A stretch of DNA of 64,000 bases from a virus (taxonomy: Duplodnaviria; Caudoviricetes): positions 1 to 64,000 of IMG/VR virus record IMGVR_UViG_3300001598_001658; one strand, 5' to 3'. The position numbers and the translations under genes were made by a program. Shown piece by piece: positions 21,272 to 32,265 of the stretch; position 1 is the first letter of the stretch; each line of letters opens with the position of its first letter. Under the pieces are notes generated by a model. It was given only the letters and a program-made list of their open reading frames with translations. It searched no databases and was not told the DNA's origin.

Positions 21272-22285
21272 ATGATTTATATTGTTCATCACTCAGCAGA
21301 TTTTGATGGCTTTTTCAGTGGTCTTATCACTGGAATTGGGGTACTTAAGGAAAATGTTAATGAGATAAAATTTGTCCCATATAACTATGGAAAAGATGGT
21401 ATCTTTGTTGGTAAAAAGAAAAATGAAATAAAACTCGAAGACGTTGTTAAATATGACGATTGGGTTTATTTTGTTGATGTATTTTATGCAAATAAAGAAT
21501 TCATGAATAAACTGATTGAAAAGATTGGAGATCCGGCTCAGGTTGTTCTCATTGATCACCACGAAAGTTCAATAGAATGGGTTAAGAAAGAATGTCCGAG
21601 TATAGAATACTCGTGGTCAGCAAATTCATCTGAACCTGAAAATATGATTTCCGCAGCAGGTCTTTGCTGGAATAGATTCTTTGGCGATCATGATATGCCT
21701 GAAATAGTTAGACTCATTTCGGATTACGATATCTGGAATAAGAGTAATCAGAAAAGATGGGATGAAGAAATTCTTCCATTCCAGTATGGTATGAGGAATA
21801 AAGGCATCAATATGTTTGATATCCCAATATATCTGGATGAATATCGTAAAATAATTTACGAAGATCCTGTGGATTTTAAAACATCTGCTATTAAAGATGG
21901 TAAAGCTGTTATCGAATATCAGAAAAGTCGTTCAAAAACAGTTCTCAGATCAACTGGGTTTGAAGCCTTTTTGGATACAAAAGAAAGTACATATTTTGCT
22001 TATTTCGGTGCGGATTACTGTGCTAATTCAACACTGTTTGAATGGGGTCTTAACGAAGAGGAGTATGAAAAATATGAAGTCTTTGTACTTTGTAGACCGG
22101 TGATCGGTACTAACAAATCCTATATTTCAATTATCTCAAATAGAGACGACATTGATGCATCAGAGATTTGTGCACTTTATGGAGGCGGTGGTCATAAAAA
22201 AATAGCAGGTTGTGTTGTAAATATTGTAAAGCATAGAATAGATGAGGACAACGAAACTCGTGTCGAATTCGAAGAAGCAGAATAA
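21272..22285 (+). CDS. DHH/DHHA1 family phosphoesterase
   Basis: HHSADFDG, FVD, IDHH, GGGGHKKIAG. Confidence 0.9.
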   Translation: MIYIVHHSADFDGFFSGLITGIGVLKENVNEIKFVPYNYGKDGIFVGKKKNEIKLEDVVKYDDWVYFVDVFYANKEFMNKLIEKIGDPAQVVLIDHHESSIEWVKKECPSIEYSWSANSSEPENMISAAGLCWNRFFGDHDMPEIVRLISDYDIWNKSNQKRWDEEILPFQYGMRNKGINMFDIPIYLDEYRKIIYEDPVDFKTSAIKDGKAVIEYQKSRSKTVLRSTGFEAFLDTKESTYFAYFGADYCANSTLFEWGLNEEEYEKYEVFVLCRPVIGTNKSYISIISNRDDIDASEICALYGGGGHKKIAGCVVNIVKHRIDEDNETRVEFEEAE

Positions 22286-22356
22286 CACAACAGTATAAAC
22301 TAAAATAAACAGTTAGGAGAAATCTTAACTGTTTATTTTTTTGGAGGAAAATAAAA

Positions 22357-23250
22357 ATGGCAGATCCACAAAAACCTGAAATATTTCCACCTTGGGGAAA
22401 TGAAATACCAGAGGGAAGTCATATTACTTATACATGGACTCTTGAATGTAGAAAATATTTATATTTATTCGATGAAGATAAAGCATGTGGAATGAAATAT
22501 TATTTCTATGATCCAACCGAACATGGATTTGAAAAAGGAAAAGAATATCCATTATTGGTTTTTATTCATGGTAAGAATAATGCTATACATGGGGATGAAT
22601 GTACATCGCAATGTGGAGCAGCTTATTATGGATGTGATGAATATCAAAAACGAATAGGTGGAGCTTATATATTAATACCTGTAGCAAATGAATATATGAA
22701 AGGAGACGAGACTCTAAATACGTGGGATACTCCATATGTAGATATATTCGTTTCTATAATTAAAAATTTTATTAGTAAATATGGAAAACCCAATGGTGGA
22801 ATAAATAAAAAAATATTAATAGGAACATCGAGCGGTGCAAATTTTATGTATAAAGTATCGGATGCATATCCTAAATTTTTTAATGTATTATGCGCTATTT
22901 CATCATATATAGTACCGACTTTACAAGAAGTTGAAATGTATAATAAAAATGATATAACATTCTTTTTCTTTATGTCTAAGCACGATGAATATATAGATTT
23001 CCACAGATTGATAGAGCCTAATATTTATAAAATGGAAAAAATAAATAAAAAATTTATTTTAACACCAGAGTGGATTAGATTTGGAGATAAAGGTATAGCA
23101 TCAAATAATTATAATGATATTGAAATGGGTCAGCATTGTGCAATTATGCAAATGCAATATGATTTATTATATGATGATGGAACACCTATGTTTGAAGAAT
23201 TACCAGATGGTTTTTTAGTATGGCTTAGAAAGGCATTATTTGGAGAATGA
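22357..23250 (+). CDS. Alpha/beta-hydrolase (esterase/peptidase-like)
   Basis: YPLLVFIHG, nucleophile elbow GTSSG, distal Asp and His (GQH). Confidence 0.75.
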   Translation: MADPQKPEIFPPWGNEIPEGSHITYTWTLECRKYLYLFDEDKACGMKYYFYDPTEHGFEKGKEYPLLVFIHGKNNAIHGDECTSQCGAAYYGCDEYQKRIGGAYILIPVANEYMKGDETLNTWDTPYVDIFVSIIKNFISKYGKPNGGINKKILIGTSSGANFMYKVSDAYPKFFNVLCAISSYIVPTLQEVEMYNKNDITFFFFMSKHDEYIDFHRLIEPNIYKMEKINKKFILTPEWIRFGDKGIASNNYNDIEMGQHCAIMQMQYDLLYDDGTPMFEELPDGFLVWLRKALFGE

Positions 23251-23251
23251 T

Positions 23252-23929
23252 ATGGATGAAACATTTGAAATTGAATCGATAGAGAGACCTGAAGTATGTA
23301 TGCGCTATGAAAATCTTTCAAAGAAAGTTATAGCTAATATAGAAAAAATAGTAAGAGCTTCTTATCACTATAAAATATTTATTTATTATCTTAAGAATAC
23401 ACTTAATATGAATGAGTGTGCTTTTTATGAAGGATATTCGATGCATAATGGACTTGGTGTAGAAATACATCATTCTCCTTTTACTTTATTTGAATATACA
23501 TATGCTGTTGCTAAGAAACATATTGAAGAAAAAGGTTATTTTAAAATAATGGAAGTTGCTAGCGAAGTTTCTAAATTACATTATGAATTTTTAGTTGGTT
23601 TGGTTCCATTAAATAAAACAGCACATAAGTTAGTGCATAATCAACAATTAAATATTCATCCTGATTTGGTACTTGGAGATTGGGAAGGATTTTATAATAA
23701 ATATCAAGATTATGCCAGCGATTCGTTAAAGAAAGCTATGGATGATGCTACATTTGTACAAAACAATACAAAAGCGGATGCATATCCTACGATCCTTAGA
23801 AGATCTGAAAATAAATTTATTCAGAATAATGTAAAAAGTTTAAGAGAAGTAAATATTAGTAAAATGCTTACTGATATGAAACTCAGATCAATGAATCTTA
23901 TAGATGAAAAGAGTAATGATGTAAAATAG
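23252..23929 (+). CDS. HNH-like endonuclease-fold protein
   Basis: VEIHH...PLNKTAHKLVH. Confidence 0.6.
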   Translation: MDETFEIESIERPEVCMRYENLSKKVIANIEKIVRASYHYKIFIYYLKNTLNMNECAFYEGYSMHNGLGVEIHHSPFTLFEYTYAVAKKHIEEKGYFKIMEVASEVSKLHYEFLVGLVPLNKTAHKLVHNQQLNIHPDLVLGDWEGFYNKYQDYASDSLKKAMDDATFVQNNTKADAYPTILRRSENKFIQNNVKSLREVNISKMLTDMKLRSMNLIDEKSNDVK

Positions 23930-23978
23930 CAAATATATATTATACCATAGAAAACCAATATAGTAAGGAGAAAAAACT

Positions 23979-24623
23979 ATGGTTAATATGACACAAGTTA
24001 TTTACTTTAGAGTCGAAAAACAGGGTAGTGATTTTGTTGAGATGAAGAAATACATAAAAGAATATACTCCATTAAAAACAAAACAGTTTTTGAAAGAAGA
24101 AAATGATGAAGTATTCATTGGTCTTGAAATTTATTGGGATGAAGATGTTGGATCGCATTCAAGTCCATCTCCATTTATTATTTGGGACAGTTCTTCAATC
24201 ATTAATCCTATATTCGATGACTCATTTTTATCTTTCCTCGAAAATCTTTTTGAATTTGAAAGAAAAGAAGAAGAAAAGAAAGATTTTGATGTTGATTTTG
24301 CCCCGATGACACCACCAGATTTCGGTTTTGAAAATCTCTTCGATGAAAATATCGAGGATGATTTTGAAACAGCCGAAAGAAAGGCTCTCGAAAAAGCAAA
24401 GGAATATCTCCTCGGATGTGGAAACTTTACAGAAAATGGGTATAAAGAATGTATCAGAGATGCATTTACACCATTCTGCAATCGTTTCAAACCAGACAAT
24501 CCAGAAAAAGCCATCGAAGTTTATTATGATAAAATCACAATAATTTACGGAAATGATACATTACCGGTATCAATTTCTAATGGTATTAAGGCTGGATTGA
24601 AATCTGTGTTTGCTGATGCATAA
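23979..24623 (+). CDS. Acidic hypothetical protein
   Basis: AAGGAG RBS; upstream ATATATTAT motif. Confidence 0.7.
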   Translation: MVNMTQVIYFRVEKQGSDFVEMKKYIKEYTPLKTKQFLKEENDEVFIGLEIYWDEDVGSHSSPSPFIIWDSSSIINPIFDDSFLSFLENLFEFERKEEEKKDFDVDFAPMTPPDFGFENLFDENIEDDFETAERKALEKAKEYLLGCGNFTENGYKECIRDAFTPFCNRFKPDNPEKAIEVYYDKITIIYGNDTLPVSISNGIKAGLKSVFADA

Positions 24624-24716
24624 AATAAGGACAGGGAAGGTACAGGGAAGTTAATTCCCTGTCTTTATTTTTTTATTTTTTTCATTACATTGATACATAG
24701 ATAAAAGGAGTTTAAT

Positions 24717-25334
24717 ATGGAAATAAAAACATTATTCATTATTTTTTTAATTTATTTTTTATCAACTATTTTATATTTTATTTATAGTAAAATTGTAACA
24801 AAACGTAAAGAAAAAGCAATTATAAATTCTTTTGCTTCAAAACCATTAAGTGTTCAGACATCATTCGATCCTTTAATAGGAAGCGGAAAAGGTATGGATG
24901 CAGTGAATGATTTTTTAAAAATAACTTATCTCAAGTTTATTAATACAAAACTTGTTCAGTTAAATGAATCCACTAGTCTTCCGGTAACAACTCTTATATC
25001 AAAATTATCTTCAAATGATGAGATGGGTTCTTTTACACAAGGATTTGTATCATTAGTTTCAGAAACTATGTCTAAAGATTTAAAATATTTTTTCAATAAA
25101 TATTATAATGTGTTGGAAGATGGAAATGCAAATGATATTTTTGTTATATATGTAACGGAATGGTTTATTATAGCAATTAGATCTCTTCAAGCAACTTATA
25201 CTTTGATTAAAAAGAAAACAGACGATTCCATACAAGCAGACGTCGATGCTAATGATCAACTTTTCTTAGAGATCGAAAGTGAATTATATGAGAAACTTAA
25301 AATAATAGAAAATAAAACAAATGGAGGCGTATAA
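24717..25334 (+). CDS. Membrane-anchored hypothetical protein
   Basis: N-terminal transmembrane helix. Confidence 0.7.
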   Translation: MEIKTLFIIFLIYFLSTILYFIYSKIVTKRKEKAIINSFASKPLSVQTSFDPLIGSGKGMDAVNDFLKITYLKFINTKLVQLNESTSLPVTTLISKLSSNDEMGSFTQGFVSLVSETMSKDLKYFFNKYYNVLEDGNANDIFVIYVTEWFIIAIRSLQATYTLIKKKTDDSIQADVDANDQLFLEIESELYEKLKIIENKTNGGV

Positions 25335-26863
25335 TGTTACTTCAAACGCTTAAAAACAATGGGGTTATCAGTGTAATTGATAACAGTAAAACTATGTCGA
25401 GTCCGACTGGTTTTACAGCGGTAGATTTATTAGGAGCAACGCTCGAAACAGATGTAAATGGACGTCCATATGTAAATCGTGGCGTTGCAACTAAATTCTA
25501 CATGGAAACTGGTCAGTCTGGTCAGGGTAAAACAACATTAGCAATTCAAAAGTTTGCCTATGCAGTTGAATGGTGGAACAAGTTGTATTCTAATGAGCCG
25601 TCAGATCTCATCATGATTGACTCGGAAGATAATACAACAATCGATCGTGTTATGGAACTTACTCATTGGAATTATGATTATCTTAACAGACATTTTTCAA
25701 TGAGAAAAGACATCAATCTTAAAGATATCTATAATTTCGTATTGAAACTTGTTGATGCAAAACAGAAGAATAAAGATTTTTATTATGTAGAAACTCCAAT
25801 CCTTAATGTGGATGGAAAACCACTTAAAGCTTGGGCACCTACATTTGTGTTAATCGATTCTATTGCCGCTATTAAATCTGGAGTGGGTCTTGAATCTACA
25901 GAAAGAGATAAGAGTGGAGAAATTAAAGAAACAGAAATTTCCGGAAATATCGATGCTATGCGTGAAGCAAAATTGAATACTGATTTCATTATGAAAATGA
26001 AGCCGCTTTGTCAGCAGTATGGTATTCATCTTTCGCTCATTAATCACATTACGCAGGAACAGAAAATGAGCATGTTTGATATTCCAAAAAGATATCTTAC
26101 ATCTCTTAAACCTGGTGAAAAACTTCGTGGTGGTTTCGAATTAATTTATCAGGCTTATGGTATTGATAGACTTTCTATGAAAGAAAAACTTGATATGCGT
26201 AACCCAATTTATGGTGAAGACATCGAAGGATTCATTTCTGAATATATGAATATTAAATCAAAGAGTCATGGTGAAGGAATTCCATATCGTATGGTCCTTG
26301 ATAAGCGTACAGGTTATCGTCCAGAACTTTCTGATTTTGAATATCTCTTTACACAGAATTACGGTATTGGCGGAGCAGGTGCTTCAATGTATATGCTTAT
26401 GCTGCCGGAAATTAAATTCTCAAGAAAGAGTCTTCTTGAAAAATGCAAACAGCATCCTGAACTTGCTAGAGCAATTCAGTTCACAGCAAAGTATTACATT
26501 ATTCATGATCTCGTAGAAGGATTGCCGGGAGCACCAGATCTTACTATTTTCACTTCACTCCCATTGGTTGAAAGAATTAAGTGGATCTATCAATATTCTT
26601 CGGTATATCCTGGATATGATGAAGAAGCTATTTCTGCAGAATTTGCACCATATTTAGAAGAAGCTCGTAGCGATGGAACAAATGACTTTGTACATGACTT
26701 GACAAATTCATATATTGATCCACTCACAGTTATTCTTATGACTCCAACAGAAGATGGATGTGGTCCATATAGACCAGTTGGTGGTTTTGAATCTTATATA
26801 AACCCAGCAGATATCGGAGTGAGATTCGATGTTTCAGACGGTTTATTAATTCCGAAGAAATAA
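25334..26863 (+). CDS. RecA/UvsX-like recombinase
   Basis: Walker A GQSGQGKTT, IDSE, Walker B VLIDS, INHI. Confidence 0.85.
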   Translation: MLLQTLKNNGVISVIDNSKTMSSPTGFTAVDLLGATLETDVNGRPYVNRGVATKFYMETGQSGQGKTTLAIQKFAYAVEWWNKLYSNEPSDLIMIDSEDNTTIDRVMELTHWNYDYLNRHFSMRKDINLKDIYNFVLKLVDAKQKNKDFYYVETPILNVDGKPLKAWAPTFVLIDSIAAIKSGVGLESTERDKSGEIKETEISGNIDAMREAKLNTDFIMKMKPLCQQYGIHLSLINHITQEQKMSMFDIPKRYLTSLKPGEKLRGGFELIYQAYGIDRLSMKEKLDMRNPIYGEDIEGFISEYMNIKSKSHGEGIPYRMVLDKRTGYRPELSDFEYLFTQNYGIGGAGASMYMLMLPEIKFSRKSLLEKCKQHPELARAIQFTAKYYIIHDLVEGLPGAPDLTIFTSLPLVERIKWIYQYSSVYPGYDEEAISAEFAPYLEEARSDGTNDFVHDLTNSYIDPLTVILMTPTEDGCGPYRPVGGFESYINPADIGVRFDVSDGLLIPKK

Positions 26864-26950
26864 ATCTCAAAACCGATAGTTTTAATTAACTATCGGTTTT
26901 ATAAATCTTATGATGCAAATATATTATTAAATGCAGGAGGCTTTAAATAA

Positions 26951-29434
26951 ATGAGTGCAGATAAAGAAGACCTTGAATTATTAAATGAAAGATTTTCTAA
27001 TACAAAAGCTAATCCCGATCAATGGGATAAGATTTATTGTGCAGGTCTGATGTTTAATACTACAAAGAATTCAGGATCACGTTTGATCATGACTAGCGCA
27101 TTCCAGGAACAGTGTGCAATTTTGGATAATCCGGAGTTTCCGTTTATCTATACTGGATACGAAAATGCATTTGGACGTTATGCTGATTCTTTAATTAAAT
27201 CAGAAGATACTGTAAGAGTAATTTCTGTTATTTCAAAATTCCCAAATATGCCAAGACATATTTATTATTACATTACACAAAATGTACTAACCGGAGTTTA
27301 TGATGTAATTGAAGTTAAACATTATGAGTCTTATGCTGAAAAGCATGGACATATTAAACCACAGACAGATGGTGATCTTTTCATGCCTGGAATGATTATT
27401 CCGTCTGGTAAGATTCTCGCAGCTGCTCCAACTCGTGATGAATTCGGAAATTATTGTACAGGCTTTAATGCTAATGTTGCATATGTTTCTTGGATGGATA
27501 ACGAAGAAGATGGATACGGAATGCGTAGAGGATTTGCTCAAACTCATACATATGAACAGATCGAAGAACTTAGCAATACTGTTAATAAAAATATCATCAT
27601 GTTAAACCTTTATGGTAATAGTGAAGAATTCAAATGCTTCCCTGATATTGGTGAGGAAATTAAAGATGGTATTGTATGTGCAAACCGTCAGATCAATTAT
27701 GGATTTGCTGCATCTGAAACAACACAGGATGCATTAAAGAGAATACTTGATTCTGATATGACAATTTATGGTAAAGGAAGAATTATTGATATTGATGTAT
27801 TCATCAATGACGAAGAAGAATTGAAAAACAATACTTGTCGCAATCAGTTGATGAAATATTGGATTGTATCGAAAATGTTCCACAAACAGATTGTTGATGA
27901 ACTTGGACGCATTATCAATAATAAATCAAATAAATATACCTATAAACTTCAGATGCTTTATGAAAGAAGTAGAGATTTCTTGAATCCAAATATTCAGTTT
28001 AGCTCAAACAATGGTGTATTTGAATTTGGTTTTATCACATTTACTACAGCTTGTCAGACAACATTCGAAGAAGGTTCTAAGATTACAGATAGAGCTGCTT
28101 CAAAAGGTGTTACTTGTCATATTATTGATGATGAAATGATGCCAAGAGATAAATGGGGAAATGTAGCTGATATTATTCAGTCTCCTCCAAGTATTATCGG
28201 ACGTGCAAATTCGGATCAAACTTATGAACCTGAAAAGAACTTCCTTTCATTCTTTATCAGAAAAAGAATGGCTGAAGCCGCAAAACATGGTGTCGAAAAA
28301 CAGTTTGCAATTCTTTATGAATACTTCGAATTGATTGATAAGGAACAAGCCGATTCTTTGAAGGCAGCATTTGAAGCAATGAGCGAATTTGATAAAAATG
28401 AATTCATTGCGAGCAATATTGCAAAAGGTATCTATATTCGTCAGGGACCTACAAACAATATGTCTTATGAACAATTGACTAGGTTATATGATAAATATAA
28501 AGTTAAACCTGATCGTGTTCGTGTTCAAAGAGAAATAAAGAAACATGGTTTCAATAATACTATGCTTCTTGAAAAGAATGAAAAATACGGAATCGTAACA
28601 AATAAGAAGGGTGAAATCGTTAATCATTTTATCACACCTTTTGAATTAGAAAATTCAAAAGAAAAGAATATTGAAAGATATGGTGATAATGATTATGCTT
28701 ATTCGGAGGATGAATTCATCATTCCAAATGGTCCAGATGTAGCAAAAGATGGTATTTCGGTTATTAGACCAAATGAAAAGAAACCTGGTGAGTATAAACT
28801 TATCGGTTCAAGAGACGGTTTTGATATCGATAAATACATTGATGAAAACTGGACGGATGAAACATTTGTTGTTAAAGAAACAGAAGATACAATTACAATT
28901 AGTGTATTGACACAAGAACCAGTAATTATTGCTCCGAAATTCTTCTTACTTCTTGAGCATATTCCTGAAGGAAAACTTTCAGCTAGATTTATCGGATCCA
29001 CCAACCCATTGGGATTACCAAATAAATCTGGAAAATCTGAAAACAGTGTAAATGGACCTTATGGAAACTCACCAATTAAGTATGGAGAAATGGAAGTAAA
29101 TAATGCATTGATTCGTATTGATCCAAAAATTGTATTCAGATATCTTTCTGAAGTTTCAACAAATCCACAACTTCGTAATGAATTGTGTAAAACACTTCTT
29201 TATAAGAATCCGTTAACATTCCATAATTTGGAAACACCTATTACAGAAAGATGTGATAATATTTCTGCTAAAGAATTTAATGCATATTTATTCTGTTTAG
29301 GTTTGGAAGTTCTTAATGATGAAAGTGAAGATATTTATAGTATCTTTGATGAAAGAGAATATTCTGATGATGAATTAGATAAGATCTTTGCAGAGCATGC
29401 TAAAAATCATCCGCCTTCATCTATAGTAGCATAA
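26951..29434 (+). CDS. Phage RNA polymerase beta C-terminal subunit (probably non-virion RNAP)
   Basis: SGSRLIM, GFNANVAY, NEEDG, GSKITDRAASKGV, KLSAR, KYGEME. Confidence 0.9.
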   Translation: MSADKEDLELLNERFSNTKANPDQWDKIYCAGLMFNTTKNSGSRLIMTSAFQEQCAILDNPEFPFIYTGYENAFGRYADSLIKSEDTVRVISVISKFPNMPRHIYYYITQNVLTGVYDVIEVKHYESYAEKHGHIKPQTDGDLFMPGMIIPSGKILAAAPTRDEFGNYCTGFNANVAYVSWMDNEEDGYGMRRGFAQTHTYEQIEELSNTVNKNIIMLNLYGNSEEFKCFPDIGEEIKDGIVCANRQINYGFAASETTQDALKRILDSDMTIYGKGRIIDIDVFINDEEELKNNTCRNQLMKYWIVSKMFHKQIVDELGRIINNKSNKYTYKLQMLYERSRDFLNPNIQFSSNNGVFEFGFITFTTACQTTFEEGSKITDRAASKGVTCHIIDDEMMPRDKWGNVADIIQSPPSIIGRANSDQTYEPEKNFLSFFIRKRMAEAAKHGVEKQFAILYEYFELIDKEQADSLKAAFEAMSEFDKNEFIASNIAKGIYIRQGPTNNMSYEQLTRLYDKYKVKPDRVRVQREIKKHGFNNTMLLEKNEKYGIVTNKKGEIVNHFITPFELENSKEKNIERYGDNDYAYSEDEFIIPNGPDVAKDGISVIRPNEKKPGEYKLIGSRDGFDIDKYIDENWTDETFVVKETEDTITISVLTQEPVIIAPKFFLLLEHIPEGKLSARFIGSTNPLGLPNKSGKSENSVNGPYGNSPIKYGEMEVNNALIRIDPKIVFRYLSEVSTNPQLRNELCKTLLYKNPLTFHNLETPITERCDNISAKEFNAYLFCLGLEVLNDESEDIYSIFDEREYSDDELDKIFAEHAKNHPPSSIVA

Positions 29435-29483
29435 TAAATGACTCCGGGCGATAAATACCCGGAGTCTTATTTTTGGAGTAAAT

Positions 29484-29731
29484 ATGGAAAAACCTAAAAA
29501 ATTTGATTTATTTGTTAAAAGTTTAAAGGGACCGATCTATATCCTACAATATATCATTTAACTGCAGGATTTGATAATACAGAAAATGAATTTTCAGATG
29601 AAGATATCCGTGATGTATCTAAATTCATTTTTGATATTTTAAATAAAGCATCTTCTGTAAAAGTTCTAAATCTTAATGATAAAGAAATACAAAAAGATTT
29701 TAATAATATTCTCAATGGGTTGTTCAGATAG
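29484..29731 (+). CDS. Small gene split by a -1 frameshift (programmed or an indel)
   Basis: GGAG RBS, ATG 29484, stop after 25 aa. The -1 frame is open 29519-29731 with no ATG. T-TTA-AAG heptamer at 29522-29528. Confidence 0.45.
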
Positions 29732-29794
29732 TAACAATTATAAATAATTAATATATATTATAATACGAAACCAATTATATAGGAGGCCTATAAT

Positions 29795-30448
29795 ATGGCA
29801 GACAAATGGAATAATAGAATTGATCAATTGCATATCGATGCTATTTCAAAAAATGAAAAAGATTCAGAGATTTTAAAAGTAATAAAAGGTTACTTAATCG
29901 ATGGATCGGCATCTAGTGTATCGGAACGTATTTGTATTGACGATGAACTTTATTACGAAGGACGCGTTGACGGAATGCGTGAAGCATTTACAATTAATCA
30001 GAAAATAACTTCGGTTATTGATGCAGCTAAAATGTGCACAGAAAAAGGGATTGCTAGTACAATCGAAAATGGCGTTGTAACTGTTATTACTGTGAAGAGA
30101 AAAGAAGGTAATTATGAATCACATCAGATGAAAATTTCTATTAAATCTTTTAAAGAAATTGTTGAAACATCACAGCAAATTCTTCAAAAAAATATGCAAA
30201 GCGATAAAAGCATTATTGAAAATATCAATGATTCAATTGCTAAATATGATGAAGGAAGTGATGAAGAAAAATGTCTTATTGAATATAAGAAATTCTTCGA
30301 CGATTCAATTATCTTTACATTTATTCTCTTAAAGTACGATACAAATATTGGTGAAATCAAAAATACCATTCGTACCTGGCATATCTATGATGTTAACGAT
30401 GTTGTATTAAGAGCAACAAATGACATCAATAAAGAATTCAATATTTAA
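29795..30448 (+). CDS. Hypothetical protein
   Basis: GGAGG RBS; upstream ATATATTATAATACGAA. Confidence 0.7.
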   Translation: MADKWNNRIDQLHIDAISKNEKDSEILKVIKGYLIDGSASSVSERICIDDELYYEGRVDGMREAFTINQKITSVIDAAKMCTEKGIASTIENGVVTVITVKRKEGNYESHQMKISIKSFKEIVETSQQILQKNMQSDKSIIENINDSIAKYDEGSDEEKCLIEYKKFFDDSIIFTFILLKYDTNIGEIKNTIRTWHIYDVNDVVLRATNDINKEFNI

Positions 30449-30556
30449 TAAAATTTGAATTCTTCAATAAAACCTTGTACAAATGTGCGAGGTTTTATTT
30501 TTTGCAAAAACATTTCTATATTATAACTATTAAATTAATTCTAAGGAGAATATAAA

Positions 30557-32260
30557 ATGGCTAGTAAAGCAAATATAAGCACATTGAAAATGTTTTTTAC
30601 TCGCTTAGGCGGAAAAGATATCCCTGCTTCTTTTAACTGGTTTGATAATTTTGGTTTTGATAGTACTCTCGATGGAGATAGATACATTAACTATACAGAT
30701 CCTGTTTTCAAACATAGTTTAATTAATGTAATGAATGCATTTCAGAAACCAAGAATGTTTACTGTTACAAATCAGATGAATAATGGGCGCGCTGCGAGCG
30801 ACATTGCTATTATCGAAACATCTGATAATGACGATGCAAATGAACTCAAACCTACAACTACATTCTGGAAAAGAGTATTTAAATTAATTGAATTTATTTA
30901 CGAAAATCAAACAGTATATATGGGTCCAGCTGTATCTAAACCGGAAGATGGTTCATCCGCTTATACATGTTATGGAGATGAACTCTTAAGAAGCAATGAT
31001 ATGGCGTATACTGAATTTAAAGGTATTTATAAACCTGCTTCTTTAAAATGTCATAATATGAGCGGTTCTTCTAGAGTATATGCTATAGAACTTGTTGTGA
31101 CAAATACTGGTTTAACTGTAGAAGAAAGAGCCGAAGATGATAATATTTCATCTAATGGTGTAACAATGACAATTTATTTTGATCCAGATGAATTCATTCT
31201 TTCTGGTGGAAAAACAATTTATAAAGTATATTCATATGAAGACCTTACTGGTGATATGGATATCGATGATACAGTAACCGATAAAACAATCGTTGGAACT
31301 GGAAAAACTACAACAGAATTCGATGCAATGATTGTTAATAAAATTACAGAAATAACAAAGAATGGAAAATACAAACGCTACATTAGATATTGTCCTAATG
31401 GTGGTTCAAATGGTTTGACATTCTTTATCGATAAAGGTTATATAAATCCAAATACAACAATTCCAACTCTTAATACAGAACAGAATGGATTAGGAGAAGA
31501 AATTAACGAAACTAATAGAGCAGAATATGGATACAATAAAGTATTTTATATCTTTACTTCCCTTGATGAAAGTCAGAGTATTGATGATGAAATCATTAGA
31601 GATTTGATTAAAGAGTATATTGAAAATACTGTAATTGTTGGAGATGAACCAGGAAAGATTTCTGAACGTTTACTTAGATTCCCTAACTTATTCTCTAATA
31701 TTTTTGTTAATATTTATCCAATGTATAAAAACACTATTAATGATGATAAGAATAGTAATAATGTATTTGGTATTTCAAATGCTTCACTTAAATCAATTCT
31801 TAATGATGCCGGTAATCCAAATGAATACGAAATCTTCTATGTTGGATCTTCTATTCACACAGGAGGCGATTATAGATATTCAAATATACCATTGCTTGCT
31901 GTTGAACAGGATGCATCTGGAAACTCTTATAGACCTGTTTCTTCTCGTTTCAATGATTATAGACCTATTTATTCTAGCACAGATTCATATTATAATACAA
32001 TGAATAGAGATACTATTGTATTCCACGAATTGTGTATTTTAGCATTAAGTATTCTTTATGGATTTAATAATATTTCTGAAATGAATATTGGTACTAATAT
32101 CACTATTAGAGGCGAAGACGTTACTCTTATTGATGAAACTACAAACTTACAGGAAATTAAGCCTGGATACGATCAGTCAACTGGTGAATATCGTAAACAT
32201 TCGATCATGTTTACATTTAAAGGTATCACTTACAAATTTATTGATGTAAGAGGAGACTAA
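30557..32260 (+). CDS. Probable virion structural protein
   Basis: 567 aa; AACA-N6-TA motif upstream at 30509. Confidence 0.5.
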   Translation: MASKANISTLKMFFTRLGGKDIPASFNWFDNFGFDSTLDGDRYINYTDPVFKHSLINVMNAFQKPRMFTVTNQMNNGRAASDIAIIETSDNDDANELKPTTTFWKRVFKLIEFIYENQTVYMGPAVSKPEDGSSAYTCYGDELLRSNDMAYTEFKGIYKPASLKCHNMSGSSRVYAIELVVTNTGLTVEERAEDDNISSNGVTMTIYFDPDEFILSGGKTIYKVYSYEDLTGDMDIDDTVTDKTIVGTGKTTTEFDAMIVNKITEITKNGKYKRYIRYCPNGGSNGLTFFIDKGYINPNTTIPTLNTEQNGLGEEINETNRAEYGYNKVFYIFTSLDESQSIDDEIIRDLIKEYIENTVIVGDEPGKISERLLRFPNLFSNIFVNIYPMYKNTINDDKNSNNVFGISNASLKSILNDAGNPNEYEIFYVGSSIHTGGDYRYSNIPLLAVEQDASGNSYRPVSSRFNDYRPIYSSTDSYYNTMNRDTIVFHELCILALSILYGFNNISEMNIGTNITIRGEDVTLIDETTNLQEIKPGYDQSTGEYRKHSIMFTFKGITYKFIDVRGD

Positions 32261-32265
32261 AATAA

